From Nitrosospira sp. (GTDB lineage Bacteria > Pseudomonadota > Gammaproteobacteria > Burkholderiales > Nitrosomonadaceae), in contig JACDSH010000015.1 in assembly GCA_013450215.1 (NCBI GenBank), positions 43,481 through 107,480 on the forward strand: 64,000 nt of DNA. Direction: 5' to 3'. The position numbers were made by a program, and so were the translations under genes. Of this stretch, positions 51,356 through 61,656 are shown in pieces (position 1 is the first letter of the stretch; every line of letters starts with the position of its first letter). The notes under the pieces were generated by a model. It had not been told where the DNA came from and made no database searches. It saw nothing but the letters and a program-made list of their open reading frames with translations.

Positions 51356-52711
51356 CTACTCCATCCAAACCATTTTAGAACGTGCTAACGGTGGATTATT
51401 AGCAAAATACCGCTTGATGCCAGCGAGCATTGCTTCTGCCATTTTATCTTGGTAGGCAGTATCTCTCAGCTTTCTCTCTTCATCAGGATTACTTATGAAC
51501 GCGGTCTCTACCAAAATCGAGGGGATATCCGGGGATTTTAGTACTGCAAACCCAGCCTGCTCTACTTCATTCTTGTGCAGATGATTAATATCGCCGATCT
51601 CTGCCAGCACCTCCCGACCGAGCTTGAGACTGTCATTGATGGTTGCAGTCTGTGACAGATCTAATAAGGTTTGCTTGAGGTAGTGATCTTTACCGTCAAG
51701 ATTAACCCCCCCAATCAGATCCGCGTCATTCTCTTTCTTTGCTAGCCAGCGGGCGGCGGCAGAGGTCGCACCCCGTTCGGATAGTGCAAATACTGATGAC
51801 CCCCGTGCATGTGGCTTGATGAAAGCATCTGCATGAACCGATATGAATAAATCTGCATTAAGCTGACGCGCCTTAGTGAGACGCATTGGCAGCGATATGA
51901 AGTAATCCCCGTCACGCGTCAATGCCGCACGCATGTTGGGCTCCTTGTCTATCTTGCCTTTAAGCTTCTGGGCGATGGCAAGCGTGATGTCTTTCTCCTG
52001 GGTGCCGCTCTGGCTTATTGCTCCAGGATCCTCGCCTCCGTGTCCCGGATCAATTGCGATGATGATGAGTCTTCTTATTTCTTGCTTGGGCCTCCCAGAA
52101 GTCTCGCCGCCCCCGCTAGATTTATCTTGAGATCTTGTCTCTGACTTGGTATCTGCATCGCCAGTCTGTGGCATCGTCATTGCACCCCCGCCCAGAAGTG
52201 CCATTAGCGGGTCGGGCGGGATGGCCGGATAAATATCCAGCACCAATCGATACCCGTAATTGGCCACGGGTTTCAATTCGAATGCTTGTGGCACAACTTC
52301 GATCCTGAGGTCTAATACTAGCCTAAGGACGTCCGGTTTGAATCGGCCAATTCGTAACGCTCGAATATATGGATCGTTAAAACCAACTTTGCCGGGTAGA
52401 TTCTCTAGCTCTGGTGTAAATCTGATATTTTCCAAATCGACCACCACCCGATCTGGGTTTTTTAATATGCTTAAAGAATACTTAATTGGTGTGGCTGACT
52501 CTAGTGTGATGCGAGTGTACTCTGCTGCCGGCCAGACACGGCTCGCACTGATTGTTGTTTCAGCAATGGCCGTACTGCCAAATACTAATAACAGAGCTCC
52601 CATCCCCAATGTTGAGAGGAGGGCGTTTAATGTTGAAATAAATAAGGGATTGCGGCAAGTAAAGACTGCCGCTATCTGAGGTATGCTGGAGCTCGCCAAT
52701 GTTTCAGACAC
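51356..52711 (-). CDS. amiC: N-acetylmuramoyl-L-alanine amidase (AMIN + Amidase_3)
   Basis: 451 aa. AMIN domain (RVWPAAEYTRITLES...), DPGHGG, C-terminal amidase_3 domain. GTG start overlaps tsaE by 40 nt, so the start is uncertain. Confidence 0.88.
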   Translation of the reverse strand: MSETLASSSIPQIAAVFTCRNPLFISTLNALLSTLGMGALLLVFGSTAIAETTISASRVWPAAEYTRITLESATPIKYSLSILKNPDRVVVDLENIRFTPELENLPGKVGFNDPYIRALRIGRFKPDVLRLVLDLRIEVVPQAFELKPVANYGYRLVLDIYPAIPPDPLMALLGGGAMTMPQTGDADTKSETRSQDKSSGGGETSGRPKQEIRRLIIIAIDPGHGGEDPGAISQSGTQEKDITLAIAQKLKGKIDKEPNMRAALTRDGDYFISLPMRLTKARQLNADLFISVHADAFIKPHARGSSVFALSERGATSAAARWLAKKENDADLIGGVNLDGKDHYLKQTLLDLSQTATINDSLKLGREVLAEIGDINHLHKNEVEQAGFAVLKSPDIPSILVETAFISNPDEERKLRDTAYQDKMAEAMLAGIKRYFANNPPLARSKMVWME

Positions 52712-53169
52712 TGTCTGCCCGCCTCCGTGCCCGCTTGAATTCTAATGTTTCGGCCTGTCTCACTGATACCAAGAAAAATTTGTAAGTCCGGCGGTGGCAA
52801 CAAACCGTGAGCTTTTTCTGGCCATTCAATAAGACAAACTGAGTCGGCATTGAAGTATTCTCGGAAGCCCGTATCCTCCCACTCCATCGGCTCATTGAAA
52901 CGATAGAAATCAAAGTGATACAAGTATAACCTAGAGTTTTTGTAATGTTCAACAAGATTATATGTAGGACTCTTCACCCTCCCGCCATAACCCTGCCCAC
53001 GCAAGATGCCGCGTGCCAATGTCGTCTTCCCTGCGCCGAGATTACCCTGCAGGAAGATGATTAATCCGGGGTTCAATATTTCCCCGATCTCTTTTCCCAA
53101 CGCCAACGTCGCGGCCTCATCGGCAAGATGATGTATCTCAGCAGAATCGGTATGATGAGAGCTATGCAA
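52672..53169 (-). CDS. tsaE: tRNA t6A37 biosynthesis protein TsaE
   Basis: 165 aa. L.DE.AT..LG, then the P-loop GNLGAGKTT. TTG 53169 is the only canonical start upstream of the conserved N-terminus. Confidence 0.88.
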   Translation of the reverse strand: MHSSHHTDSAEIHHLADEAATLALGKEIGEILNPGLIIFLQGNLGAGKTTLARGILRGQGYGGRVKSPTYNLVEHYKNSRLYLYHFDFYRFNEPMEWEDTGFREYFNADSVCLIEWPEKAHGLLPPPDLQIFLGISETGRNIRIQAGTEAGRQCLKHWRAPAYLR

Positions 53170-54279
53170 GAGAATGCCTCCAAGAGTCCATCACAAGATT
53201 TCGTAGCGTTAGCGGTTGCGATCAAGGCCTGGGCCAGGGAACTTGGTTTTCAGGACATCCGTATTGCCGATGCTACTGCCGATATGTCACAGGTTGAAGC
53301 AAATTTACATGAGTGGCTCAGCCAAGGTCACCACGGTGAAATGGATTATATGGCAAAACACGGTATCCGCCGAACCCGCCCAGCGGAACTCGTACCCAAT
53401 ACGCTGCGCGTAATTTCGATTCGTATGAATAATACACCGCCTACAGCAAAAAACAGTTGGGAGGTTCTACGTAGCGGGGTAGGGGCTTTTATCTCTCGAT
53501 ACGCACTAGGTCGCGATTATCACAAGGTTCTGCGGGCACGCTTACAAAAACTTGCAGACAAGATCACCGTGGAGGTAGGTCCTTTTAATTACCGCGTATT
53601 CACCGACAGCGCGCCGGTTATGGAAGTTGAGTGGGCACAGCGATCAGGTCTTGGCTGGCGTGGTAAGCATACCCTTCTTCTCACACGCGAGTCAGGTTCA
53701 ATGTTTTTCCTGGGCGAAGTGTATACGGACTTACCTCTGCCTGTTGATGGCGCTTCTGAGAATCATTGTGGTAGTTGTAGCAAATGCATCTCGATCTGCC
53801 CTACTCAGGCCATCATCGCCCCCTACCGATTGGACGCAAGGCGCTGTATTTCTTATCTCACTATTGAGCATAAAGGTAGAATTCCGATCGAACTGCGCCC
53901 TCTGATCGGTAATCGGGTATACGGTTGCGATGATTGCCAACTAATCTGTCCCTGGAATAAATTTGCCGCAATTACCGATGAGGGTGATTTCGCAGTCCGC
54001 AACGGATTAGATGATGTCTCCTTGGTAGAGCTCTTCGGTTGGAGCAAGGAGCGTTTCGATACTCTGCTCGCTGGCAGTCCAATACGACGGATTGGCCATG
54101 AACAGTGGCTACGTAATCTGGCTGTCGGACTGGGCAACGCCCCATCATCTTTCCCAGTGATTAATGCTTTGCAGGCACGTCGTGACGACCCCTCAGACTT
54201 AGTGCGTGAACATGTGGAATGGGCATTACAGCAGCATAAAGGCTCACCCCCTCTTATGAAGTCCAAAGACGGTCCTTGA
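53164..54279 (+). CDS. queG: Epoxyqueuosine reductase
   Basis: IKAWARELGF N-terminus and two 4Fe-4S motifs (CGSCSKCISICP, CDDCQLICPWN). Start at ATG 53164 (track start 53128). Confidence 0.9.
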   Translation: MQENASKSPSQDFVALAVAIKAWARELGFQDIRIADATADMSQVEANLHEWLSQGHHGEMDYMAKHGIRRTRPAELVPNTLRVISIRMNNTPPTAKNSWEVLRSGVGAFISRYALGRDYHKVLRARLQKLADKITVEVGPFNYRVFTDSAPVMEVEWAQRSGLGWRGKHTLLLTRESGSMFFLGEVYTDLPLPVDGASENHCGSCSKCISICPTQAIIAPYRLDARRCISYLTIEHKGRIPIELRPLIGNRVYGCDDCQLICPWNKFAAITDEGDFAVRNGLDDVSLVELFGWSKERFDTLLAGSPIRRIGHEQWLRNLAVGLGNAPSSFPVINALQARRDDPSDLVREHVEWALQQHKGSPPLMKSKDGP

Positions 54280-54328
54280 GTCTAGAGATGGTTTAAAAAT
54301 CCTAAATATGGTCATTATCCTTAATTCA

Positions 54329-55234
54329 TCAAGCGAGGGTCGGAGCCAATAAAAAGTCCCTCACAATCTTAATCTGGTCCTCGCTTATCAGCATTGGTGC
54401 ATGGCCGATGCCGGGTAGTTCGATTATTTGCGTTCTATTGCCACGAGTTTTCATTTCGATTGCTGTCTTAGATGTCAATAAATCAGACTCTATTCCTCTC
54501 AGCACTAGCGTGGGAACATGGAGCTTATCCCATTCCACCCACAAATCGATATCCTTGGACAGATGCCTCTTGAAACTTTCAGCAATCCTTGGGTCGTATC
54601 GAAAACCATATGTCCCATCATCGAATTCGCGCACACTATGAATCGCGAGATGATGCCACTGGGTTTCGGTCAAGAGACCAAAGGGATTCGAGATTTTTTT
54701 CAAGTAGACCTCAAATTCTTTGAAGCTGCTAAAGCGCGGGTCTCTCCCAAGATATTGCCCAATCCGGACGAGCGCTGAAACTGGGATTAGCGGACCAATG
54801 TCGCTCATGACAAGTCTTCGGATGGGCACTGCCGAGGTCAATGGGAATACTGGCTGAGTTGCCAAGATCATGCCGATGAGTCCGCCCATTGAGACGCCGA
54901 CCCAGTCCAATTGAATATTCGTGCTGCCTAAGGCACTGATGTGCTTAAGCAGTTCGATTGCGTCAGTCAGGTATAGCAGATAATTATCATAGCCTGCCTC
55001 ACTCACAAGCCAATCGCTTTGTCCACGCCCCACTACATCTACGCAGATCACACGACAATCGGCCTCTAAGGCCTCTGCTAGAAAATCAAAATCCCGACAA
55101 TTGCGCGTCAATCCATGAACACAGACGACAATGTGTGGATTATCTGGTCTCCCCCACTCGGTATAAGCAATTTGGCGAGAACTTTTAACGTTTTCATCAA
55201 GCCCAAAGTGGACAGTAAGGCGCTTAAGTAACAT
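54329..55234 (-). CDS. Alpha/beta-fold hydrolase
   Basis: 301 aa. HGLTRN oxyanion region, GVSMGG nucleophile elbow, C-terminal GIGHAP His. Confidence 0.8.
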   Translation of the reverse strand: MLLKRLTVHFGLDENVKSSRQIAYTEWGRPDNPHIVVCVHGLTRNCRDFDFLAEALEADCRVICVDVVGRGQSDWLVSEAGYDNYLLYLTDAIELLKHISALGSTNIQLDWVGVSMGGLIGMILATQPVFPLTSAVPIRRLVMSDIGPLIPVSALVRIGQYLGRDPRFSSFKEFEVYLKKISNPFGLLTETQWHHLAIHSVREFDDGTYGFRYDPRIAESFKRHLSKDIDLWVEWDKLHVPTLVLRGIESDLLTSKTAIEMKTRGNRTQIIELPGIGHAPMLISEDQIKIVRDFLLAPTLA

Positions 55235-55401
55235 TATTATTTTGCATAATCAGGTTTTTCATTTTAATTTAGCTTGGCCTGCTCTTAAAATGGGTTCCGA
55301 ATATCCGCACTAATCACCCCAATGTACTCAACTTGAGTGCGCTATACTAATTCAAATGGCTATTAAGGTCTTTCTAGTTATCAATCTTTCAAGGAGGTCA
55401 A

Positions 55402-55725
55402 ATGGAAACCGAATTGTCCGAGACACATAATATCGCAACAGATAAGCTTGTTGCGGATTTGAAGGCTGTAGTAGCGGATGCGGAGGAATTACTTAGGTCC
55501 ACAGCCGGACAGGCTGGTGAGAGGGCCGCTGCCGCTCGCGAAAAGATTAATGATGGTCTTGATGACGCCAAACGTCAGCTTTATAAAGTTGAAGGTTTAG
55601 TTGTCGACAAATCCCACGAGGCGGCGAAAATTACTTGTGAGTATGTCCAAGCCAACCCCTGGCATGCGGTGGGTGTTGCGGCTGGGGCCGGACTCATTCT
55701 TGGCCTACTAATCGGACGGCGCTAA
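55402..55725 (+). CDS. yqjD: DUF883 (ElaB/YqjD-family) tail-anchored stress protein
   Basis: 107 aa. Helical N-terminus and C-terminal anchor NPWHAVGVAAGAGLILGLLIGRR. Strong AAGGAGG RBS. Confidence 0.8.
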   Translation: METELSETHNIATDKLVADLKAVVADAEELLRSTAGQAGERAAAAREKINDGLDDAKRQLYKVEGLVVDKSHEAAKITCEYVQANPWHAVGVAAGAGLILGLLIGRR

Positions 55726-55737
55726 ACCCCCCGCGTC

Positions 55738-56130
55738 ATGGCTGAAAAAGATCCCGCGAGCGAAGGTGGACTGATTGAATCCATCAGGAAACTGGCAATA
55801 ACATTAGTTGGTGTTTTACAAACTCGCCTGGAAATTTTTTCTACTGAGCTTGAAGAAGCGAAGCTGCAGCTAGGTCAGCTATTGCTGTTGGGTTTAGTTA
55901 CGGTCTTCTGCCTTGGTCTCGGAGTCGTGTTACTCACAGTTTTTTTTGTGGTTTTATTTTGGGACAGCTACCGCCTACCTGTACTTGGTGTTATGTCCGG
56001 CCTTTTTCTTGTCCTTGGAATATTTGCAGCGCTTGCGCTGCGGGCCAAGTCTGCAGAGAATACAAGGATGTTTTCCAGCACACTGGCTGAGCTCTCTAAA
56101 GACCGTGAACAGCTTAAAAATAACCTGTGA
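55738..56130 (+). CDS. yqjE: YqjE-like (phage-holin-3/DUF1469) membrane protein
   Basis: 130 aa with two TM helices, in the conserved position after yqjD. Confidence 0.7.
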   Translation: MAEKDPASEGGLIESIRKLAITLVGVLQTRLEIFSTELEEAKLQLGQLLLLGLVTVFCLGLGVVLLTVFFVVLFWDSYRLPVLGVMSGLFLVLGIFAALALRAKSAENTRMFSSTLAELSKDREQLKNNL

Positions 56131-56552
56131 CCCCATCTCTGAGTAACATTCATCTGCGCCGGGCACAGCTAGTAGCTCTATCAGCTACTCAGCGAGTAAA
56201 CGTGGCCATATCCTTGCAACACTTAGCCCCTCCGATACAAGTGGCAAACACAATCCTAGTATGCTTGCGTCTCCTCAAAATGTACCCGCTTGTTCCAGTC
56301 GCGATAGTTGCTGGCGCGGTGGCAATGATGCTATCACGTGCCCATGCCAGATCTTGGTCGCTTAAACGTGTGGCGTTTCGTGCTTTTGCCTTGTGGCGGA
56401 CTTATCGCTCATTAGGCGTCTGGGCTGCTCGTGGCCGAATGGCCTGGCTGCGTATTGGTATGGCTTGGCATGCCAGAAAAAGCCACAGTCCGCACAATAC
56501 CCTCAGATCTAAAGCTGCCCATAAACCCCTTCTTAATAAAGCATCGGAGTAA
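56127..56552 (+). CDS. yqjK: YqjK-like protein
   Basis: 141 aa. LRRAQLVALSATQRV N-terminus like YqjK. ATGA-type overlap with yqjE. Basic C-terminal tail. Confidence 0.6.
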   Translation: MTPSLSNIHLRRAQLVALSATQRVNVAISLQHLAPPIQVANTILVCLRLLKMYPLVPVAIVAGAVAMMLSRAHARSWSLKRVAFRAFALWRTYRSLGVWAARGRMAWLRIGMAWHARKSHSPHNTLRSKAAHKPLLNKASE

Positions 56553-56749
56553 GCGGAGAGCTGAATATAGAAACTCTCGTCGCCGTTTGAATAGAGCCCA
56601 CGGGGTTCACTCATACAGCCCTATTCGAATACCCGTAACCTCCTAGTGTTAGCCACAGCAAAAGCAGTAGAAATAAACTGTTAATGTGGGGCCGGATTAT
56701 CCAAAGTAATTCTATCGCTAAACACCGCTTCAATTCCTTCGGCCCACTT

Positions 56750-57433
56750 CTATGGTGACGATGGCCAGTAGCGTGTTGGATCAGACACCCCCGCTGCTTC
56801 AAAGCCCATCCTGCGTAACCGACATGAATCACACACTCCGCAAGCCAATCCGTCGGCACCTGCTTGGTAGCAGGATACCGTCAAGCTATAGTCAACTCCC
56901 CGCAATGCTCCTTGGCGTATGATCTCTGCCTTGGTCAAGCTGATAAGTGGTGTGTAAATATTCAGTCTATTACCTTCGGTTGCAGCCCTAGTCGCCAGAT
57001 TTGCCATCTGTTCAAAGGCGGCGATGTATTCAGCCCGACAATCTGGATATCCTGAGTAGTCCACCGCATTGACCCCGATAAACACATTGTAACTTCCAAG
57101 TACCTCAGCCCACGCTATCGCCAGTGATAGCATGATTGTATTACGAGCTGGCACATACGTAACCGGAATACCAGCGTTAATTCCCTCGATGGGCACATCA
57201 ATTGATCTATCTGTCAGTGCTGAACCACCGAAACCTGCTAGGTCAACCTTGACGGTCCGGTGCTCACCTACCCCGATGGATCGAGCCACCTTCTCCGCTG
57301 CCACTAACTCAACTCCGTGTCGTTGACCATAGTCAACACTCAGCGCATAACACTCGTATCCCTGGTCGCGTGCTATGGCAAGTGTAGTAGCCGAATCCAG
57401 CCCTCCGGATAGAAGAACCACTGCCTTAGTCAT
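56750..57433 (-). CDS. queC: 7-cyano-7-deazaguanine synthase
   Basis: PP-loop LLSGGLDS and C-terminal Zn cluster C..CGVCDSC. Start at ATG 57433 (the track start is TTG). Confidence 0.94.
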   Translation of the reverse strand: MTKAVVLLSGGLDSATTLAIARDQGYECYALSVDYGQRHGVELVAAEKVARSIGVGEHRTVKVDLAGFGGSALTDRSIDVPIEGINAGIPVTYVPARNTIMLSLAIAWAEVLGSYNVFIGVNAVDYSGYPDCRAEYIAAFEQMANLATRAATEGNRLNIYTPLISLTKAEIIRQGALRGVDYSLTVSCYQAGADGLACGVCDSCRLRRMGFEAAGVSDPTRYWPSSP

Positions 57434-57475
57434 AGGACACACAAAGTAAATACGTAACAATCTCTCCCTGACTTC

Positions 57476-58168
57476 TCATCGGCCCGGTCCCTCACCCCAC
57501 AAAAACTTATGCAACTGGATCTGTAGCCGCACTGACAAATGATCGCGCAGTATCCACTCAGCAAGAATTGTTGGATCAAGCCGCCCATAAACCGGTGAAA
57601 ATAAAATGGAGCAGATCTTATCTAGATCGTTCTCATCTATCATCTTTACTGCCCACAGGTAGTCCGCTTCATCGCATAGAACAAACTTCAACTCATCCCG
57701 AGGTGAAAGATGCTCTAAGTTAGACCAGCGGTTCTTCTTCACCTCACCTGAGCCGGGAGTTTTTATGTCCAGCACTCTGGTCACCCGATCATCCACATTT
57801 GATATATCCATCGCTCCGCTGGTCTCGAGCGACACTGAATAACCTGCATCGCACAATAAACTGAGTAATGTTAGGCACTCCTTCTGAGCTAGAGGCTCTC
57901 CACCAGTAACCGTTACATAGCGGGGCATGTGCCCAGAAACATCGTCCAGAATGGAAGAGATGGTTACACTCTCCCCGCCATAAAATGCATACCCAGTGTC
58001 ACAATAACCACATCGTAGTGGACATCCGGTTAAGCGCACGAACACAGTCGGCAGACCTATGCGACTGGTCTCTCCTTGCAGCGAAAAAAATATTTCACTG
58101 ACTCGCAAAGTCTGAGCCTCAGGAGTTGTCATAGCTTTGCGCTGCAATGGTGAAGGGGTATGCGGCAT
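57476..58168 (-). CDS. queE: 7-carboxy-7-deazaguanine synthase (radical SAM)
   Basis: FFSLQGE and CPLRCGYCDT (Cx3Cx2C). Alternative ATG at 58132. Confidence 0.9.
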   Translation of the reverse strand: MPHTPSPLQRKAMTTPEAQTLRVSEIFFSLQGETSRIGLPTVFVRLTGCPLRCGYCDTGYAFYGGESVTISSILDDVSGHMPRYVTVTGGEPLAQKECLTLLSLLCDAGYSVSLETSGAMDISNVDDRVTRVLDIKTPGSGEVKKNRWSNLEHLSPRDELKFVLCDEADYLWAVKMIDENDLDKICSILFSPVYGRLDPTILAEWILRDHLSVRLQIQLHKFLWGEGPGR

Positions 58169-58207
58169 CTATCAGAACAGGGCCCGCCGTTAGCAACGGG
58201 GTGTAAC

Positions 58208-59017
58208 CTACTTTCTAGGGACCAGTCGTTGCCTGGCTTTATCTGCGGCATCGCTGCTGGGGTATCTTGCGATTAAGTCTTCCAGTGTCTTTTTGGAAGC
58301 GGTGGTCTTATTCATCTCGCGCTGACTACTGGCTATATTGAGTAGCGCGTCCGGAGCCTTGGCACTATTCGGGTAAGTTTTGATCAGATTTTGCTGGGCA
58401 ATAACAGCGTTGCTAAAATCACGCATCGCATAGTAAGAGTTGCCGATCCAATAAAACGCGCTGGGGGCGAGTCGGGAAGAGGGGTAGTTTGCAAGAAAAG
58501 CCTGGAGTTTAGTGATTGCACTCTGGTAGCTGCCAGATTTGAATACTTCATATGCTGCCTCATAGGCATCGGCCTCTGAGACCTCTGCCTTTGAGTGCGA
58601 ACTCACTTCCGCTATAGGGGGAGATGCTTCCGTTTCTGATCCGGAAATCCCCGATGGGGCGGAGGAGGCTGAGACTGTAGACGGATCTGGCTGCTCAATC
58701 CGCCTCAGCCTACCATCTAAATCGATGTAGAAATCTCGCTGTCGCTTCTGCGTCAACTCATTCTCATTCGTCAGCACCTCTAACTGACCGCGCAGCTTGT
58801 TGGTGTCTTGCCTAAGCGACTCGATCTGGGTCTGAAGATTAAGCAGCGACTGGTTCTCAAGCAACTCTTCTAATCTTGTGATGCGCGTAAGCAGATCACC
58901 GATCATCGACTGTTGGTCAGCAATCTGCTTGCGCGCTTCTTTGTCGTCGAACAGTCCGGCATAACCCGGACCGCTAACTACTAGCAATAACGACAATAAC
59001 AGAGCGCGTACGCGCAT
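58208..59017 (-). CDS. cpoB: Tol-Pal system protein CpoB/YbgF
   Basis: Signal peptide MRVRALLLSLLLVVSGPGYA, coiled coil, C-terminal TPR (YbgF) domain. ATG 59017 follows the pal stop. Confidence 0.88.
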   Translation of the reverse strand: MRVRALLLSLLLVVSGPGYAGLFDDKEARKQIADQQSMIGDLLTRITRLEELLENQSLLNLQTQIESLRQDTNKLRGQLEVLTNENELTQKRQRDFYIDLDGRLRRIEQPDPSTVSASSAPSGISGSETEASPPIAEVSSHSKAEVSEADAYEAAYEVFKSGSYQSAITKLQAFLANYPSSRLAPSAFYWIGNSYYAMRDFSNAVIAQQNLIKTYPNSAKAPDALLNIASSQREMNKTTASKKTLEDLIARYPSSDAADKARQRLVPRK

Positions 59018-59019
59018 AT

Positions 59020-59517
59020 TTACTCGCCTTGGTAGCGGATATCCGTACGACGGTTCTCGGCCCATGAGGCTTCATCATGTCCGGTAGCTCGTGGCTTCTC
59101 TTCGCCCAAGCTGACGGCCTCGATCTGGCTATCCTTCGCACCTGACAGCGTCATTGCACTTCTCACGCTATCGGCACGCTTCTGGCCCAAAGCAAGATTG
59201 TACTCGCGGCTACCGCGCTCATCGGCATTGCCTTGCAGCAATACCTTAGCAGCCGCATTGTCGCGCAAATACTGTGCATGAGCCTGTACTGTTGATCTGT
59301 ATTCATTCTTAACCATGAAACTATCGTAATCGAAGTAAACACTGCGCTTGGACAGAATATTATTTGGGTCCTTCAGAATCGGGTTTAGATTCGGATCAAG
59401 GCTGGTATTTGCTATCCCAGCAGACCCAGCAGACCCAGATTCTGCAGTAGGTTGGATGGTCTGACTCGCGCATGCAGACAATAAGCCCACAAGTAATATG
59501 CCTATAATTCTTTTCAT
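59020..59517 (-). CDS. pal: Peptidoglycan-associated lipoprotein
   Basis: 165 aa. Lipobox LLSAC and OmpA-like domain (GNADERGSREYNLALGQKRA). Confidence 0.95.
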   Translation of the reverse strand: MKRIIGILLVGLLSACASQTIQPTAESGSAGSAGIANTSLDPNLNPILKDPNNILSKRSVYFDYDSFMVKNEYRSTVQAHAQYLRDNAAAKVLLQGNADERGSREYNLALGQKRADSVRSAMTLSGAKDSQIEAVSLGEEKPRATGHDEASWAENRRTDIRYQGE

Positions 59518-59557
59518 ATCTACCCCCCCTTAAGGTTAAATTAAATTGCCCTTATTA

Positions 59558-60931
59558 TTAACGTCTGATTTGTTTTGGCAAAGGCCCCCATGCAGGCTCT
59601 CTTATATCCCCCGCCTGTATAGAGATTTCTTGCCTTGTTTTGCCATCACTTGATACAACTGCCAATATACCACGTCCCTTTATTTCAGTTGCGTACAAAA
59701 TCATCCTATCGTTAGGGGCTGGGCTGGGAGATTCATCAAAACGCGAGTCTGTTAGCAACTGAACCTGACGGGTCGCTAGGTCCTGTACCGCTACATTGAA
59801 ATTAGCCCCGTTGCGGTGAATAAAGGTAAACCCCCTTCCATCCCGGCTGTGATGCGGACTTACATTGTAACTCCCTTCAAAGGTAAGCCGCTCGGCCGCC
59901 CCGGACGCAGATCCTGTGACTGCCATACGATAGATTTGAGGACTGCCGCCACGATCTGAAGTAAATATAATTGTCTGTCCATCTGGCGAAAAATTAGGCT
60001 CCGTATCTATCCCAGAGCTCTGACTAAGCCTCTGCAGACCGCTCCCATCTGCGTTCACTAGAAATATCTGCGACCCGCCTTGTAGGGACAGCACGACCGC
60101 TAACCTCTTGCCATCGGGGGACCATGCTGGGGCGCTATTGCTTCCTTTAAAATTAGCAACCGCCTTCCGGGCTCGAGTTGCAAGTGTCTGCACATAAACT
60201 ATTGGCTTCTTATTCTCAAAGGACACATAAGCGATCTGGGTGCCATCCGGCGACCATGCGGGTGAGATGATCGGCTCGCTGTATTCAATGATAGACTGGG
60301 CATTGAAACCATCTGCATCAGCGACCTGCAGAGCGTATTTATTACTCTGCTTCACCACGTAGGCAATGCGGGTGCTGAACACCCCCACATCCCCCGTCAG
60401 TTTTTCATAAATGATGTCTGCTATCTGATGAGCTGCCGCACGCAGCCTGTCTGCTGGGACGATCATAGTGTACTCGGTCAGTTGTACCTGCTTTGCTACA
60501 TCCATCAGGTAAAAACCCACCTCTACTTGACCATCAGGCAACATCACCGCGCTACCAATCACTAGCGCATTGGCCCCACGACTTTTCCAATCTGGGTACG
60601 CAATCTGTCGAGGATCACGTATTGACGGGCCGGATGAGTCTACCAGCCTAAAGAGGCCGCTCCGCTGGAGATCAGCCGCCACCACCGCTGTGATGCCGTG
60701 CTTAAGTTTTTCTTCCCCTACGAAGGGGATGATGGCGATAGGGATCCGTGATGCGCCTCCCCCAAATATTTCTATGTCGAGTGCCGCCTGAATTGGTGCG
60801 CTAATCGACCAAAGTACAAGAGCTAGGAAAAGGGAGCAGCGAGTGGGCTGACGGTGCCTTACTAACATAAAACCAGGTTTCATTGTGTTAACCGGGGGTC
60901 CCGATAAATAGTCATGTGATTTATTCATCAT
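59558..60931 (-). CDS. tolB: Tol-Pal system beta-propeller protein TolB
   Basis: Repeated P.WSPDG propeller blades. Start uncertain: ATG 60931 overlaps the tolA stop (ATGA), and ATG 60883 gives a more typical signal peptide. Confidence 0.93.
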   Translation of the reverse strand: MMNKSHDYLSGPPVNTMKPGFMLVRHRQPTRCSLFLALVLWSISAPIQAALDIEIFGGGASRIPIAIIPFVGEEKLKHGITAVVAADLQRSGLFRLVDSSGPSIRDPRQIAYPDWKSRGANALVIGSAVMLPDGQVEVGFYLMDVAKQVQLTEYTMIVPADRLRAAAHQIADIIYEKLTGDVGVFSTRIAYVVKQSNKYALQVADADGFNAQSIIEYSEPIISPAWSPDGTQIAYVSFENKKPIVYVQTLATRARKAVANFKGSNSAPAWSPDGKRLAVVLSLQGGSQIFLVNADGSGLQRLSQSSGIDTEPNFSPDGQTIIFTSDRGGSPQIYRMAVTGSASGAAERLTFEGSYNVSPHHSRDGRGFTFIHRNGANFNVAVQDLATRQVQLLTDSRFDESPSPAPNDRMILYATEIKGRGILAVVSSDGKTRQEISIQAGDIREPAWGPLPKQIRR

Positions 60932-61656
60932 TCGCGATAATGCACCTTGAGACTCAAATCACGGAACTTGGGAAATAGTGACGGGTCGGGTGGCAACGGA
61001 AGTGGCTTAGCTAAGATAATGGCGCGCTCAACCGCGCTGTCAAATGCAGCGTAACCACTACTTTTCCGCAATCTCACATTGAGAATATCACCCCCTGGCA
61101 ACAAAGTAACGTCCAGTTCTGCCACGGAATCATCTGGAATATTAGGCGGCAGGACAATACGGCTCCTGATCTTAGCCATTATTTTTGCCTTGTATTCAGC
61201 GATCACGTCCAGCGCCCTAGACTGCGCCGCCTGCTGTGCCCGCTGACTCTCAAGTGCCTCCTGATCTCGCACTAGTTGTTCTAAATCGTCAGCAACCCTC
61301 GGCTTTTGCTCTTCAGGCACTGGCTGCTTCTTCTCGACAGGCTTTGGGGGGTCGATTTTCTCTTTAATCGCGATATCGGGCTTAGTTGGTGGTGGCGCCT
61401 CTTGCTTAGGGGGTAATGGCTTTACCTCAGCCGGGGCCTGCTTAGGCGGTAACGGCTTTGCTCCAGCGGCCGACTGGCTTGGTGGGGGCAGACTATCCCA
61501 TAAATCGACAGTCATTCCCTGTGGCGGATAGCTCTTCCAGTTCAGACCGAAAACCATAAATACAAAAAAAATCACGTGCACCAGAAGAGCCATAGCTCCT
61601 GCTGGCAATAGTCCCGGTTCGGCGTGTGATGAGTCTCGCATTACCAGCGCGCTCAT
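60928..61656 (-). CDS. tolA: TolA
   Basis: 242 aa. N-terminal TM helix, Pro/Lys/Ala/Glu-rich linker (KPLPPKQ repeats), C-terminal TolA/TonB-like domain. Lies between tolR and tolB. Confidence 0.85.
   Translation of the reverse strand: MSALVMRDSSHAEPGLLPAGAMALLVHVIFFVFMVFGLNWKSYPPQGMTVDLWDSLPPPSQSAAGAKPLPPKQAPAEVKPLPPKQEAPPPTKPDIAIKEKIDPPKPVEKKQPVPEEQKPRVADDLEQLVRDQEALESQRAQQAAQSRALDVIAEYKAKIMAKIRSRIVLPPNIPDDSVAELDVTLLPGGDILNVRLRKSSGYAAFDSAVERAIILAKPLPLPPDPSLFPKFRDLSLKVHYRE

Noticed and set aside
59416-59439. 9-bp tandem repeat CCCAGCAGA x2.6 inside pal (encoding SGSAGSAG), and an imperfect roughly 33-bp duplication in tolA (61401..61467, KPLPPKQ)
   Set aside because: These are low-complexity linker regions, which are normal for Pal and TolA. 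Both are in frame, and nothing suggests a functional VNTR or contingency locus.
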